A DNA stretch of 64,000 nucleotides from Raja brachyura (GCA_963514005.1 OY740807.1:29760001-29824000); one strand, 5' to 3'; numbered from the stretch's first letter, positions 39,550 to 53,040 are shown. Notes: a model not told the origin generated them from the letters alone. Numbers and translations: made by a program.

Positions 39550-40185
39550 TTTCAGATCCTACTGTCAGAGGGCGAGGCAAGGTTCAGAACCGTCCTTGAG
39601 AGCGCACAGTAGGATTCAGCTCTCACTGATGGAGGGAGAGACAGGTTTAGGATCTGACTGTGGGTGGGAGTGGTACGGTTAGGACCTCACTGTTGGTGGG
39701 AGAGATAAGATTAGGAACCGACTGTGGCTAGGAGCGGGTGGAACTAGATCCCACTGTGGAACCGAGTGATGGAGATAGATCAGATTGTAGCAGGGAGCGG
39801 TGGGGTTACATCCCATTGTGTGGGGGGGGGGGGGGGTGAGGGGCACGGCTGGGATTAGATCCCATTGTGGAAGGGGCGGAGCGGTGGGGGCAGGATCTCA
39901 CTGTGTGAAGGTGAGATAAGATTAAGATCCCACTGTGGGAGGGAGAGGCGGGATTAGGATCACACTATGGAAGGCAAAGAAAGGGCTAGGATCCCAGTAA
40001 GATTCTGGTGCGATGAGATCCTACAGAGATCATTGTGGGAGCACATGTTAGGATTGCATAGGTTCGGCTACAGCTCCATCCCTGGCTGATGAAAGTATGG
40101 TTAGGATGCCATTGCTGAAGGAAGAGGTGGGTTTAGGAGCTGAAAGTAGGGGGAGGATTAGGATGCAATTATGGGAGGGCGAATA
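39550..40185. repeat. Degenerate G-rich minisatellite, unit about 31-32 bp
   Basis: Recurring ggatcccactgtgggagggagaggcgggatta-like units. Confidence 0.75.
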
Positions 40186-41349
40186 ATGGTTTGGGAGTAA
40201 GCAGTTACGGTATTTTTTTTTTAAATTGTTATTTATTTTTCACCAACTGAAACAATAAGCTTTACAGGTTTCTGGAGTCTGGAGGTGAGTGTTACAAAAG
40301 GCAAGTTGTATTTCACCACCTAAGATCTTATTCACCTGCAGACATCAAGTCACCAGTTATGAATGCGATCCCAGAATAGTACACATAGATTACATTAAAT
40401 GTACAGCACAGAAGCTGCCGCTCAGCCTGACTGGTCCACCTTGGTGATTATGCTGAACACGGCCTCCTTCCCTGGCAGCTGATCCAGTACTAGCAACACA
40501 TCAGTATCAGAGGCGAAGCCCATTCCTCACTGCAGCAATTCTTCAGAGAGAACTAACTTAGCACAGATCATGGACAAAGTGTAAGATTTTCCTGGTCTAA
40601 TTATTTCAGTGCCATTTACCCCACTGGTCTGAGATGGGAGCTTTAGATCATCTTTCAATGAGGGTTACCCGGAGCTAATATTCCAAGTGTTCAATATCAG
40701 TAGTATTATGATGAAATTAATGACTGGTTTCCACCAGTTTCCATTCAGTTTTAGTGTTCTCCAAGTTGCACAGCTTGAGTCATTTAAATGTGAAAGTCAA
40801 TTGAAGACAATTACCATTCCTTGAGGTGTCTCAGTTAGTCACCTTGTATAATAGAGAAGCCTGCATGCGATTTAAACATGTCCCTGATCAGGAGTGCAAA
40901 TTTCAAAACTCTTATCGACTAAAAAAAAAAATGTCTTCCTTCTCATTTTAAAATAAATGCTAAATCTTTTGGTGCAAAAGTAGAGTCCCCTTTGTCTGAC
41001 TACAAGGGCAGAACCAGGGTATTCCACACAGTGGAAATATGTGGGCATGATCCCAATGGTGAGTGGGGCACATCCCTAGACTGATGGATGGAAGGAAGGA
41101 CAGTGCTGCTGGATTAAACATACGCTTCGGATTTAAGACATATTTTACATCAAGGATTTGGAACTGTGCTCAGCTCATTAGTAATAGAACTCCAAGAATC
41201 AGGAAAGCCTTCTGAATATTACGGCCATCATTGGGACTTTTCCATTTGTCACGTACGCACACTGCAGAGCTTCAGCAACTAATCCAAGGCTCAACTAAAA
41301 CTGACAACGCTGTCCTCTTGCAGCACAAAACCCAGCCAGCTAGAGATGT

Positions 41350-41527
41350 AATCGGAAGGGACTGCAGATGCTGGTTTACACCAAAGGTAGACACTAAATG
41401 CTGGAGTAACTTGGTGGGTAAGGCAGCATCTATGGGAAAAAGAACAGGTGAGTTTTGTGTCCCTATCCTCTTTTCTTCAGAGATGCTGCCTGATCCGCTG
41501 GGTTACTCCAGCACTTTGTGTCTATCT
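41350..41527. mobile_element. Penelope terminal-repeat hairpin insertion
   Basis: 13-bp TSD cagctagagatgt. Confidence 0.75.
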
Positions 41528-43281
41528 CAGCTAGAGATGTGTTTTTGTAGGGAATGACCATTTAGTAACACATTGATAGATATCTCCAATGGGTGGGTAC
41601 AGGGAACAGATTCCAAGCTGTTGGTTACCAAGAAGGGTTGCCAGTTTGGATTATTTGACTGTGGAAGTTATGACGCAGGATGGAGGCAGTACATCATTGT
41701 CACTCATCTTTGCACTCGCCAACAGTGGGAATATGTTTGGTTTTATTAAAAGACGATAAAGAATTCCGTCTAAACCCCACAGGGTGCAGCAAGGAAGGCT
41801 TATTTAGCTGAACAGTTTAGAGACTTTATTGAGTTTTCACTTCCACGAAAGAAAGGATTATTCACAAATAATTCGGTAATGAACCAGGAATAGAATTTGC
41901 CTCTAGAAAGAAATGAGATCTTTCCTGCAGAGTTTCCTTTCAGAGTTTTGTGAAGCTCTGGCACTATAATAACTGAGGGGAGTATCACCGGACTTCCCTG
42001 CCACTATTTATTTGTAACTCCTCTTGTTTCACGTTTAAAGCACGCCCTGTCCTAGAATTCAGTTTGCAACATCTCAAATGAGCGAAGAAATGAAATAAAA
42101 CAGCCCGCAAAGACTGGGATCACCAACATGATGTGAATATTTATTCAGACCATGCTTGAAACTACTATTCCTCTGATATAAACCGATGGCTCAACTATAT
42201 ACAGCTCTCAGGGAAATCTTCGGATTTACAACCTACTCCGGTAATTCAAACTTTATTCCACCAGGAAAATTTGAATTATCCAGTCCTTCAAATGACATTG
42301 TGCACATTAATGGTAGTTTAGCACTTCAATGGTTGAAAGGTCAGATAATTAAAATTGAGCGATTAGTGTCAATGAATTGATCATAAAAAGTGAGAGTTTC
42401 AAATTGATTTTGGTACAGACACTTATTTATTTTTTTGCTGAAGTATAGCAAGCTAATGCCAAAGTAGTAGGAATCGCCAGTCTACTGTGATGGATATCAC
42501 TCATTGGTACGTCCTATTCCTTATTGCACATTTTTGAGCTGGTAGCATCAACCTCTCATAACGGGATTTGTAACTTTTCAATCAAGGCATTGAGAGTGTT
42601 ACATCCTCAGGTAGAAACCAGGATCCAGCAGCACTGTCCTTCTATTTAAAGCTCTCCAAGTTTTGTGACTGCACCAGATAGGGAAAGGTCATCGGGTGGG
42701 TGGGGGTGGGTGGAGGGGGGGGGGGGGGGGGGGGGAGGAATTACCAGCTCTAGTATTAAGCACGACTCATGTAAGTCAGACAAAGGGGGAACTTCAGCAA
42801 GGGCAAACAGAAAGGAGATCGGAGGTTGCATCCGAGATCATTGTGGCCTCGTTTAAATAAATCTCTGGGGATAAGCATTTCTAATACTGTGCAATAAAGT
42901 GGACAAAATACCCCAGGTCCTTCTTGTTCATTGAATTTATGCTGCATGTTACAGGATTTTTTAAGGATGTGAAAATGTTTCCTTTCTGTATCTGAAACTC
43001 TCATTGAACTTGTCGTTTAATCCACTGCTCCTCACCAGCAGTGCTTGATATTGTAAAGATGTGGATGGCTGTCATTGTTGTCAGTTCTGCCCTCTCTGCG
43101 AGGATTGCCCTGATTTGTAACTGTGCTGTAGAGCTGATTGTGCTGGTTTATGTGTTGCAGTTTGTTGCAGAAATGAGGGACGGTGCTGTCTCCCGTCTGC
43201 TCCCCCAGCCATTGCCTTCTTGTAAAGTATGTTCATGCTTTGGTTGCAAATGGCTTCCTGCGTTGTGAATTCTTACACAAA

Positions 43282-43287
43282 AATAAA
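43282..43287 (+). terminator. Candidate distal polyadenylation signal (+ strand)
   Basis: AATAAA preceded by TGTA motifs and followed by a GT/T-rich element (attgtgtggtctg...ttgttcgtctttt). Confidence 0.35.
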
Positions 43288-45093
43288 CAATTCTGATCAA
43301 TGATATTGTGTGGTCTGCTGCAATTGTTCGTCTTTTAGATGGATCTTTATACAGTAATTACAACATCTCTCTGAAGGAACAGAAAAGACAAATTGAAAGA
43401 TAAGTTATTCCCCACCTTATATTCCTGGAATGTTTCACAGAAGAACTTTACAGAATATACTTGTCAAATATGGGAGCAGGATTAGGACAAGAAAAATGAG
43501 AAAGGATTTAATTGAAACATACAAAGTTTGACAGGGAGGATTGTGCCTGCAAATGGATTGCAGGCAAGTCAATCTAGAACAAGTTATAAAACATTTAGGA
43601 CCAAAATATGGGGAGATTACTTCACTCATCAGGTGATAAACCTTTGTAATTCTCTGCAGCAAACGTGCTGTGGAGGCCAAGTACCTGAATCTGTTCGCCC
43701 TGAATATATTATTAAGAAGATTGCATGGAGGCAGAACTGGCTCACAGGACTCAATGGCCTACTCCTGTCCTATGTTTTCAAGTTTCCACATAATACAAAT
43801 CCTGGTGTATAAAGTTCAGCCAAGAGAGTTTCATTGTCACATGTACTGAAACACAACAATGGAATTTTTAATTTGAAGCTAATATAAAGAATTAAGTTAA
43901 TAAGCAATGGCAGTATTGCTTATTGTCAGCAAGTGACTCTGTTGCCCTTTGATGATGGTGACGATGCTCTATTGTCCCTTGAACCTGGCAAAAGTGAATT
44001 TATTTGTTTTTGCATACAAATTACACAAAAGAGTCGCAGTCTCTCGGTGCTTCAGGAACAAAAACTGTGGCATCAGAAAGCAATCCAATACCAGTCGTGA
44101 GCAGCACTAGACGTACTCAACAATGACACCAGCATCGGTGACCACAGGTGATCAATTTGGCAGAGTTCTGTAGGACATGACTCCAGCAGGTAATTAGTGA
44201 ACCAACACAAGAGAAACGTTTAATTGACTTCATCATTACTAATCTACTGATTGTTGGTCCACAACAACATGGGTAAAAATACCGTCACATGGTTAATGGA
44301 AGCAAAGTTCTGTTTCCACACTTTGTGGCACTACAACTGTCTGCTAAATGAGATGGACTCAGAACAAATTTGACACCTCAATATGGGAATCCATGAAGCA
44401 CCTTGGACTATTAGCAGCAGCAATGTACATTGCCACACTCTGTAACCTTTTGGCCCAGTTTATGCATTATTCTACCATTGTAATCAAACTATGGGGCCAA
44501 CCCTAGTTCAACAGCAAGCAGCACCAGGTATATCCAACAATGTGAAGCTGCACATAGGACTATATAAGTGCTTATAATCCAAAAGGTGTTAATAGACAGA
44601 GTGAAAAGAAACTACTGGGAAACTCAGCTGATCAAGCAGCATCTGTGGAGGTAAATGGGCAGATGACGTTTTGGGTTGGGACCCTTCTTCAGAATTCAAC
44701 ACCACAGCCCAGCCACATCTAAACTTGGATAGTGATGGACAATAAAATGTCTAAATGGAGCAGGCAGCTGCAACAACCTCCCCACACTCAGTCATAGTAG
44801 GGCCCAGTATGCTATTTCTAATGTTCAGTAAGAAGTGTCAAGTGGGTGATCCATCCTGGCTTCTTACTGCGATCACAGGACCTAGTCTTCGGCTAAAACA
44901 ATACATTCCACAATTCCATTCCAATTCCAACAAATGGCCGAAAGCACTAGATTCAACAAATGCTATGGGACCAGACAATATCCCAGCTGTAGAACTGAGG
45001 ACTTGCATGCTAGAATTACCCATGCCTTAGCCACAGTGTTCCACAACAACAATACTGGCATATGCTTAACAACGTTGAACATCATCAAACATA

Positions 45094-45285
45094 GGGTGGC
45101 ACAGTGGTGCAGCGGTAGAGTTGTTGCCTTACAGCACCAGAGACCCTGGTTTGATCCTGATTATGGGTGCTGTGTGTATGGAGTTTGCACATTCTCCCTG
45201 TGACCGCGTGGGTTTTCTCCGGGTGCTCTCGTTTCCCCCCACACTCCAAAGACGTGCAGGTTTCTATGCTAATTGGCTTTCTATG
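45094..45285 (+). mobile_element. HE1-like tRNA SINE, 5' part
   Basis: gggtggcacagtggtgcagcggtagagttgttgccttacagc head and core. Confidence 0.8.
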
Positions 45286-45469
45286 CTAATTGTTATGGAA
45301 AAGGAAGAAGTTTGGGAAAGTGGACTGAATACTACGACTGCAAAGACAAAAACTTCAAAAAGTATATTCATGCACAGTATCAGGGTGACCCAAGTTGGTT
45401 AATGAAGTAATTTAATGACAGGCAATGCGTCCAAACCATGGCTCTATAATGAAAATTAAAATAAATTAC

Positions 45470-45700
45470 CAAATCAATCAAATAATATGCTTTGGTGATG
45501 TTGGTGAGAATAAACATTGTCCAGGCCAACAGAAACTCGCTGCATTTCCAACAATGGGAGGGAGGATACATAACCAGTGAGTTTAAAATCTCATCCAAAA
45601 CATGACACCTCCACTATTCAGCACTACTGCACTGAACTGGCAGCTTAGTCTAAGTGCTTCAAGCCTCTGGAATTTGAATCATCAACCTTGCAACTCAGCT
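45470..45700 (-). mobile_element. Ancient Deu-domain SINE (SacSINE1/AmnSINE-like) remnant
   Basis: Reverse complement of the cagtgcagtagtgctg...ggaggtgtc..ttttggatgaga...accaacatcaccaaagca motifs; sister copy at 59350-59670. Confidence 0.55.
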
Positions 45701-46614
45701 ACATGAACAAGGCAAACAACTTCTCATCTCCCATCCCACAACCCACCCACGCCAACAGATATTCAGTTATTTCTACCATATCTGTCATCATCTCATGAAC
45801 ATCCACCCATCTCTTGCCATCTTTGCAATTTCCAGTAACAGAAGTGGTTATTTAACACTTTAGCACATTCTCCCATTCATTGAGATCAAAGCTAATCCGT
45901 GATATTAATCTACATCCCTCAATGTATTTGGTTATCAAATATCAGAGATAAATTTACGTGATCTAATATCAATTGTTGGCTGCAAACAAAAGTTTTGAAT
46001 ATCTACCACCCCTTTCAATGTTAAGTAAAATAGCTCTAAATTATAAATTATTCCTTTTAGTACTCGGCTAGCAAACCAGCAGAAATAACACCTATCCCAA
46101 TTGCCTTTAATGTCTGAAAAATATTGATCAAATGATCCCTACCCTAAATTGCTGGAATCCAGCTTCATCCTCTGTGACCTCGAATCGCAAATGAACCATG
46201 GGAGCCCAATTATCCGGGAAAATGCAGCAATATTCCTTGTACATGTCCTGCGGCACACACAACCGCTCACAATATTTCACGTGTGATCCAACTGGGTTTG
46301 CACTGCTTTACTATAACTTCTTTTCTCTGGTGTTCCAATCACCCAGATCAAAAACCCTTTTCTGCAGCTGACCACGACATGTTAATCATTCATTTTGTAT
46401 ATGTGATATATCGAACATGTAAAACAAAATAAGTTAAAAACAAAGCAAAATAATAATAAAATGCGCTAATTTGCATGAGCTTCCTAGGTACTTTGGACAT
46501 ATCGCTTCCAGCTTTTCACCATTTACAACTCTTTTTTTGGCTTAAAGCAGAAATTTATTTACCACACTTTGTCATTCAGTTAGTTTTTGCAACGAAGGGC
46601 GTTGCAATACGGAA

Positions 46615-47050
46615 ACATAGTGCCATCCAGTGCATAAACAACCCCTTCAGCCCATCTAATCAATTCCAACCAAGATGCCCATCTAGCACTAGTCCCATTT
46701 GTCCATATTTGATCCCTAGACCTCCAATCCTTTCATATCTATGTTCGTTTCCAAATGTCTTTTAAATAGTATTGTACCTGCCTCAGCCACTTCCTCTGGC
46801 AGCTTGTTCCACCTGCATCGCACACTGTGAAATATTTGCCTTTCTGGTTTCTATTAGATCTTTCCATTCTCACCTGAAACCTGTGCCCTCTGATCCTTGA
46901 TTTCCCCACCAGGGGAGAGAAAAACTTAACATTTACCCTAACTATGCCCCCCATAATTTTATACACCTCTATAAGATCACCCTTCAGTCTATGCTCCAAT
47001 GAATAAAGCCCTACCCGCCCCAACCTCTCCCTCTAACTCAGTCCCTCGTC
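46615..47050 (-). mobile_element. CR1 LINE 3' fragment
   Basis: GLYSLEHRLKGDLIEVYKIMGGI...RIRGHRFQVR; further CR1 pieces at about 47790-48170. Confidence 0.8.
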
Positions 47051-49714
47051 CTGACAAAAAGCCATATTTTTTGTTGTACACCCGATGGTTCAATGGTGTC
47101 TCCTTGCCGCACGTACCTAGATGCAGTGAAATTCTTTGTTTTGCATACATTTCAGTAAAATCATATTGTACATAGGCATCATCATAAATATGTACAAAAG
47201 TGCAAAAATGTCCTCTACATTTGTGTGCAAGAGTAGTAGAGTACACCAAGGCCGGACACTAAGAGTCACCACATTTTTGGCACTATCTTGTCTCCTTCAA
47301 GTTTCATAAGTTCATACTTTATAGGAGCAGAATTATGCCATTTGACACATCAAGTCTACTCTGCAATACAATCATAGCTGATTTACCTTTCCCTCTCAAC
47401 CCCATTCTCCTGCCTTCTCCCCATAAGTTCTTAAAAGTATAGCTTCTTACCTTGGCCTTAAAGGTCTGTTGTCTAGGTCGGTGTTGTATGAGTGGGCCTG
47501 GCGATGCTGCCATTGTCTTCAATTGCTACTCTGCCACTTTGTGCAGCTGTGGGATGTGTCTGACCCGCACACAACCTCTATATGGCTTCCAAAGGACCCT
47601 TTGGCTGCTGCAGGGCTTCCAGCATCCCACTCTACCGACAACTCAAACCGTGAACCCCCGGTCCCCTTGCCTCCTGCAGCCACTGCTCAGTCCCTATGCA
47701 CTGGAAGTGCCTCTGAGAGCAGTAGGCAACACCACAGCCTGCTCACTGGCACCAATCCTCCGTCTTTCCAACTTAACAGCATCTTTCCTACATCAGGCTG
47801 ACCAAAATTGAAAATAATGCTCGAAGTGTAGCCTACGTAATACCTCAACTTCTATACTCAAAAGCCCTTACTAATGAAGGCCAACATGCTTAAAGGCCTA
47901 CCCTTGACTACCTCTGACACCTCAATCAGGAAATTATGTACCTAGGTACCTTTGCTCTATAATATTCCCCACACCCCTACCATTCAGTATGAAAGTCCTA
48001 CCCTGGTTTGAATTCCCAAGATGAGACACCTCATACTTTCCTGAATTAAAATTGTTTTGCCATTCCTTGGCCACCTTTCCAGCTGATCAAGATCCCACTG
48101 TAATCCTTGATGGTCTTCTTCATGTGTACAGCAACACCACCTATCTTTTAGTGTCATCTGCAAAATGAAAGGATGAATGGTGCCAGTGGGAAATGTGGAC
48201 ACATGAATTTCTATTTCTCCAACTAAATAACTATATATGTTATAGCCTTAACAGTTAGTACCCACCCCTTACCCCTAACTTTGTCACATGCTTCTCATAC
48301 GATTCTATCCAGACTAGTATGCATATAATCCCATTAATTTAAATTCAGCAAACAAACATTTACCAGGCACGTCACTATTTCTTTCTCAATAAACTTTAAT
48401 AAGTAACCAAAGGCATATCTGTGCTCATTATTTTATATCAAAATGTTTGCCGGCATGTCGTAACCCCATCTCTCCATGGTGGGTCTACCCAGACAACCAA
48501 CATATTTTCAATCACAATCCATAATGTTTTGATCATAGTTAAATGGTTTAGAATACCCGTTTCACTTTCCCCACCTTCCTAAAGTAACGTGTGAACTGGA
48601 AGAATTTTCCAATGGTTTCCAAATAGTAAGATTTTTGGAAAATTATTACAGTTCTGACAGCTATAATGTCAACTTATTTCTTTGAATACCCAAAATTGAA
48701 ATCTATCTGCTCCCAGACATTTTGCACTCTTTAATGCTTTTATTTCATGCTTCCAATGAGATACAAGGAAATGTAAATGCTGGAATCCTGAGCAAAAAAT
48801 CAAAGTGCTGGAGTAACGCAACAGGTCAGGCAGCATCCGTGGAGGAAACGGTTCGGCGACGTTACAGATCAGGATCCTTCTTCAGAGCCGGATAAAGGGT
48901 CCCCACAGTAACTCCAGCACTTTGTGTTCTTTTCATTCTTCCATGTTAATTTACTCATGCCAGTTCTATTAGCGCCATGCCGGATTTAATATTTGTCTTC
49001 TATGACGTGCCAGGTTTCGTCCTCTTTTCTGTAAATACTGATGCAAGGTAACTATTCAACCTGCCCACTAATTCAGTTTCATTCACCATTATCTCTTTTT
49101 TTAAGGGGTTCCCATTGCATCTCTTTCTCACAATTATAGATGTCTGTGTGTTAATTTAATGTTCTTTACAAGTTTCTTTTCACATACCCTTTTTGCAGAT
49201 TTCACCATCCACTTTGTCCCGATGTGTTATTTTTTACATTTAACTCAGTCTCCAGGATCTGTGCTAGTGTTTGTCTTTTACACCTGTTTGGCATTAGTTT
49301 ACACTTTTCTTCAATTAGAACTCTTGACATTGAGAGATATGTCATTAGAGATTATTAGAAAGCCAACAATCCCATGCCATATCTTCAATGACCCTTCCCA
49401 CATCATGTTCTCTAATCTCTTTCCTCAAAATGCAAAATTTAGCTATTCACCTACTCTGATTCACCAACCCCATTCCAGGTAAGTAAAATGATTACAAACA
49501 TCTCCTCATACAGTTTTTGTTGGTGGATTTGTCTTGCCTCACTGGTGAAAACAAACAGAAGAAATTGTTCTACCAAATATCTCAATTATGCCTGAATATA
49601 TGAGCGCATGTTTTCCCAATCACTTGCCTCTTAGTAATCTAATCTATTAGTCTATGGTGGTCCCACATATGTTCAGTGGAATCTTTCAGTACAGCACTTC
49701 ATCACCGTCCAACA

Positions 49715-49958
49715 ATCCCCGCACACTAATACGAGCCCACACACACTAGGGACAATTTATATATTTATACCAAGCCAATTAAACTACAAACCTGTACATC
49801 TATGGAGTGTGGGAGGTATCCGAAGATCTCAAAGAAAACCCATGTAGGTAATGGGGAGAATGTACAAACTCCATGCAGACAAGCACCAGTAGTCAGGATC
49901 GAACCCAGGCCTCTGGCTCTGTAAAGCAGTAGCTCTACCGCTATGCCACCGTGCCGTC
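49715..49958 (-). mobile_element. HE1-like tRNA SINE
   Basis: Reverse complement ggcacggtggcatagcggtagagc...gggttcgatcctgactac. Confidence 0.8.
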
Positions 49959-51569
49959 CAGTAACTACTCAAGACTTGCTGCTATGGTTATCAATGTTCT
50001 CTTCCCTTCCTGTCTGGCGCTTTCCCCAATGCAATTCATTATATAAAGCCAAGTTTTAACAGTGGTCCCTAATGATGAAACTTTCAGCTCTTCACTGTAA
50101 AATAGACCACTCAAATCAGTTTTAAGTTAGCCATTTAAGAGTTGGATTTTAAATTCTGACTGTGTCTAAAACAGAATCAATGACCTAGATTTTACAGTCA
50201 ATGTTGTCAACGTTTGTCTTCAACTTCAAAGAAAACTGCTTTAAAGACTTGGTAAATTTTCCAGCTATTTAATCCAGAGTTAGAATGGAAGATTTCTAGC
50301 AACCACAACAGGAATGCCATTAATTTGGCTGAGGAGCCAATGATGATCCACAGAGCAGTAGGTAATAAATACTAAACTTCAAGCTAACATTTTACAGTAA
50401 ACAAAGCAAAGAAAACACACAAGGTTAAAATATTGCCAGAAATGTCATCAACCAAAGATTAAATAATATTAATTATGAATTATTTGTAAATCAATTGCAT
50501 TTTAGAACATTTGTTTTAATGGAAATACAGTATACTTCATAAATTAAATTAATTTATCAGGTTGGCAATGATAATGAAGAATACCATTAAAAGCTCAGGC
50601 ATACCACAGGTACACCTCATTCAACAAACCGTTAAAGGCATGCAGCAATTATCACAATAAATGAATTGATGGAACAAATAGAAATAAATGAACATGATCA
50701 ATAAGTATTAAAGAAACACGGTTGTAAAGACGATTAGGTTATGACCTGAATATTACAGGGTCTTGATAAGCAGTAGAAAAAGAGGTGACACCGAATGTCA
50801 ACGATATAGCTGCCCTGATGATCTCCAGGCCACAGATGTTGCCTGGCCTGTTGGTTTTCTAACAATTTTTGTTAATATTTTAAATCTGATGGAGTGATAC
50901 AGCATGGAAACAGGCCCTTCGGCCCAACTTGCCCACACTGGCCATCATGCCCCGGCTACACTAGTCCTATCAACTCGCATTTGGTCCATATCCCTCCAAA
51001 CCTGTCCTATCAATGTACAGTACGTGTCTAACTGTTTCTTAAACATTGGGATAGTCCAACTTCATGTTTTTCAGTTAACTTACTAACTAAATCTCATCTA
51101 GTCTCCTCCAGGATTGTCATCAAGTCTCCAGGAAATAAGCATTATTCTCATGGATATCATAGCATGCAACCCAACTGAAGGAGCATTCTATATTCCCCAT
51201 TTTATCCTACAAAATTTTTGTTTTTCAGAACTAAAAGTTATGGAGCCGGAGAAAAGACCATGTTTATTCTGGCTGCATGATGACAGGATTACAGACTTTG
51301 TAATTCTATTGTCATAGGTCAGGTCTTCCCCATTGTCCAACTTCATCAGCAGCCCCGGAAACATACCAATGTTGACATGGCACCAACATTTCTAAATTGA
51401 ACTAAAGCAACTCCTGGTCAGAAATAAGCTCAGTCTCAGACATTTAAAAGGACAAAATCTTTGCCTGCATACAAATAAAATTGTTTTAAATAATGCTCCA
51501 GTCTCCTTTCTGAATGTTATTTCTGAGGTTTTAGAATGAATGAGCAGCATGTTCTCAAGTTCAGTCTGA

Positions 51570-52790
51570 TGACGGAATAGATCGGGTAGACGCTGTCTCT
51601 TGCCCAGAGTATGGGAATCGAGATCCAGAGGACATACGTTTAAGGAGGGAGAAAGATTTAATAGGAAGTTGAGGGGTAACTTTATCACACATAAGGGCAG
51701 CACGGAGGCACAGCGGTCGATTTGCTGCCTTAAGGGACTGTACCACTGCGGCGACCTAATTGGCGAGTTTAGAAGAGTTTGCCCTCGGCTCAAACCCGCA
51801 ACATGGTCGACACGAGGTCCTAGGAGGTATTTGTAATTCTCCTTCATGCTCGAGAGTAGTCCCCGCGTACTCGAGGCCTCAGCCAGGTCGTGCCGTATTT
51901 TTCAACATGCTGGAAAATGCCCGCGAGTAAATGCCTGCCATGGAAAAAAATAGATTTTTTTTTTACTCGTAGGTTTAGTCGAAGTAGGTCGTAGTGGGTT
52001 GACATGTTATTCGTAGTTAATCGAGGGTAGTCGAAGGTAATCGAAGGTTGTCGTAGGTAATCTTCATCATAGTCGAACGGAGGTCGAAGGAGGTCATCTT
52101 CACTCTCCACTATTCGGTGTTCAATTTTACCGAAGCTAGTCGGAGCTAGTCTTCAGCATAGTCGAAGGAGGTCGAAGGAGGTCTTGTACATAGTCGAAGG
52201 AGGTCTTCAACATGACACTGTTTCAAACTCTCCTAAACTCTTCTAAACTCGCCAATTGGGTCGCCGCAGTGGGGCAGCCCCTTTACAGTGCTTTCAATGC
52301 CGGAGACCCGGGTTTGATACCGACTACGGGTGCTGTCTGTACGGATTTTGTATGTTCTCGCCATGATCGCGTGTGTTTTCTACGAAATCTTCGGTTTCCT
52401 CCCAAACTCCAAAGATATATAGGTATTTAGGTTAATTGGCTTTCTGTATGTGTAAATTGTCCCTAGTGTATGTAGGATAGTGTTGATGTGCGGGATCGCT
52501 GGTCAGAGCGAGTTGGTGGGCTGAAGGGCCTGTTTCCGCACTGTATCTCTGTACTAAATTAAAGGGTGGTCGGTGTATGGAACGAGATGCCGGAGCAGGT
52601 AGTTGAGGCAGGTACTATCGCAACGTTTAAGAAACAGGGACATGGATAGAACAGGCATATGGATAAGACAGGTTTATAGGGATACAAGCCAAAAGCAGGC
52701 AGCTGGGACCAGTATCGATGGGACATGTTGGTTGATGTGGGCAACTTGGGTTGAAGGGCCCGTTTCCACACTGTATGACTTTGAAAGCAT
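51570..52790 (+). mobile_element. CR1 3' end interrupted by an HE1-like SINE (about 51695-52558)
   Basis: SRGHTFK..ERFNRKLRGNFITH, then the SINE, then agggtggtcggtgtatggaac (RVVGVWN) resumes. Confidence 0.8.
51733..52282. mobile_element. PIF/Harbinger-type MITE nested in the SINE head
   Basis: About 48-bp TIRs (agggactgtaccactgcggcgacctaattggcgagtttagaagagttt), TTA TSD, internal gtcgaaggag repeats. Confidence 0.85.
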
Positions 52791-52898
52791 CGTTAAGACA
52801 TGGAACTCTCAATTATGCATGTGACTCTAGATGATTCAATGTCACCAGAGTCAGTTTGAGAACTGGCAATATGGAATTCAGAGGTTTACCACTGTGCT

Positions 52899-53040
52899 TT
52901 TCTCTCATCTTACGTATGACGTGCACAGCCTAAAGTTGTTGGACAGCTTGTTCTATTTGATCTTATTTGATTGTGCACGCCGGGTTGATTGCATTAGTTG
53001 AAACAGGGCGGACCACGTGAAGGTTGCAATCTTCCACCCC
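52899..53040 (-). mobile_element. 142-bp non-autonomous retroelement headed by the HDV-like ribozyme
   Basis: Exact 11-bp TSD accactgtgct (52888-52898 and 53041-53051); purine-rich 3' tail AAGAUGAGAGAAA; internal 10-bp stem (52918-52927 with 52972-52981). Confidence 0.8.
52987..53040 (-). ncRNA. Minimal HDV-like (CPEB3-type) self-cleaving ribozyme
   Basis: GGGGUGG aa GAUUGCA ACC UUCACGU GGU CCGCCCU GU uucaa C UAA UGCAAUC: P1 (7 bp, G1-U wobble), P2 (7 bp), P3 (3 bp), L3 UUCACGU, catalytic C in CUAA; P4 essentially absent. Confidence 0.85.

Noticed and set aside
39550-40185. CRISPR-like repeat/spacer look
   Set aside because: Eukaryotic context, degenerate units with mutually similar variable parts, no cas genes; it is a minisatellite.
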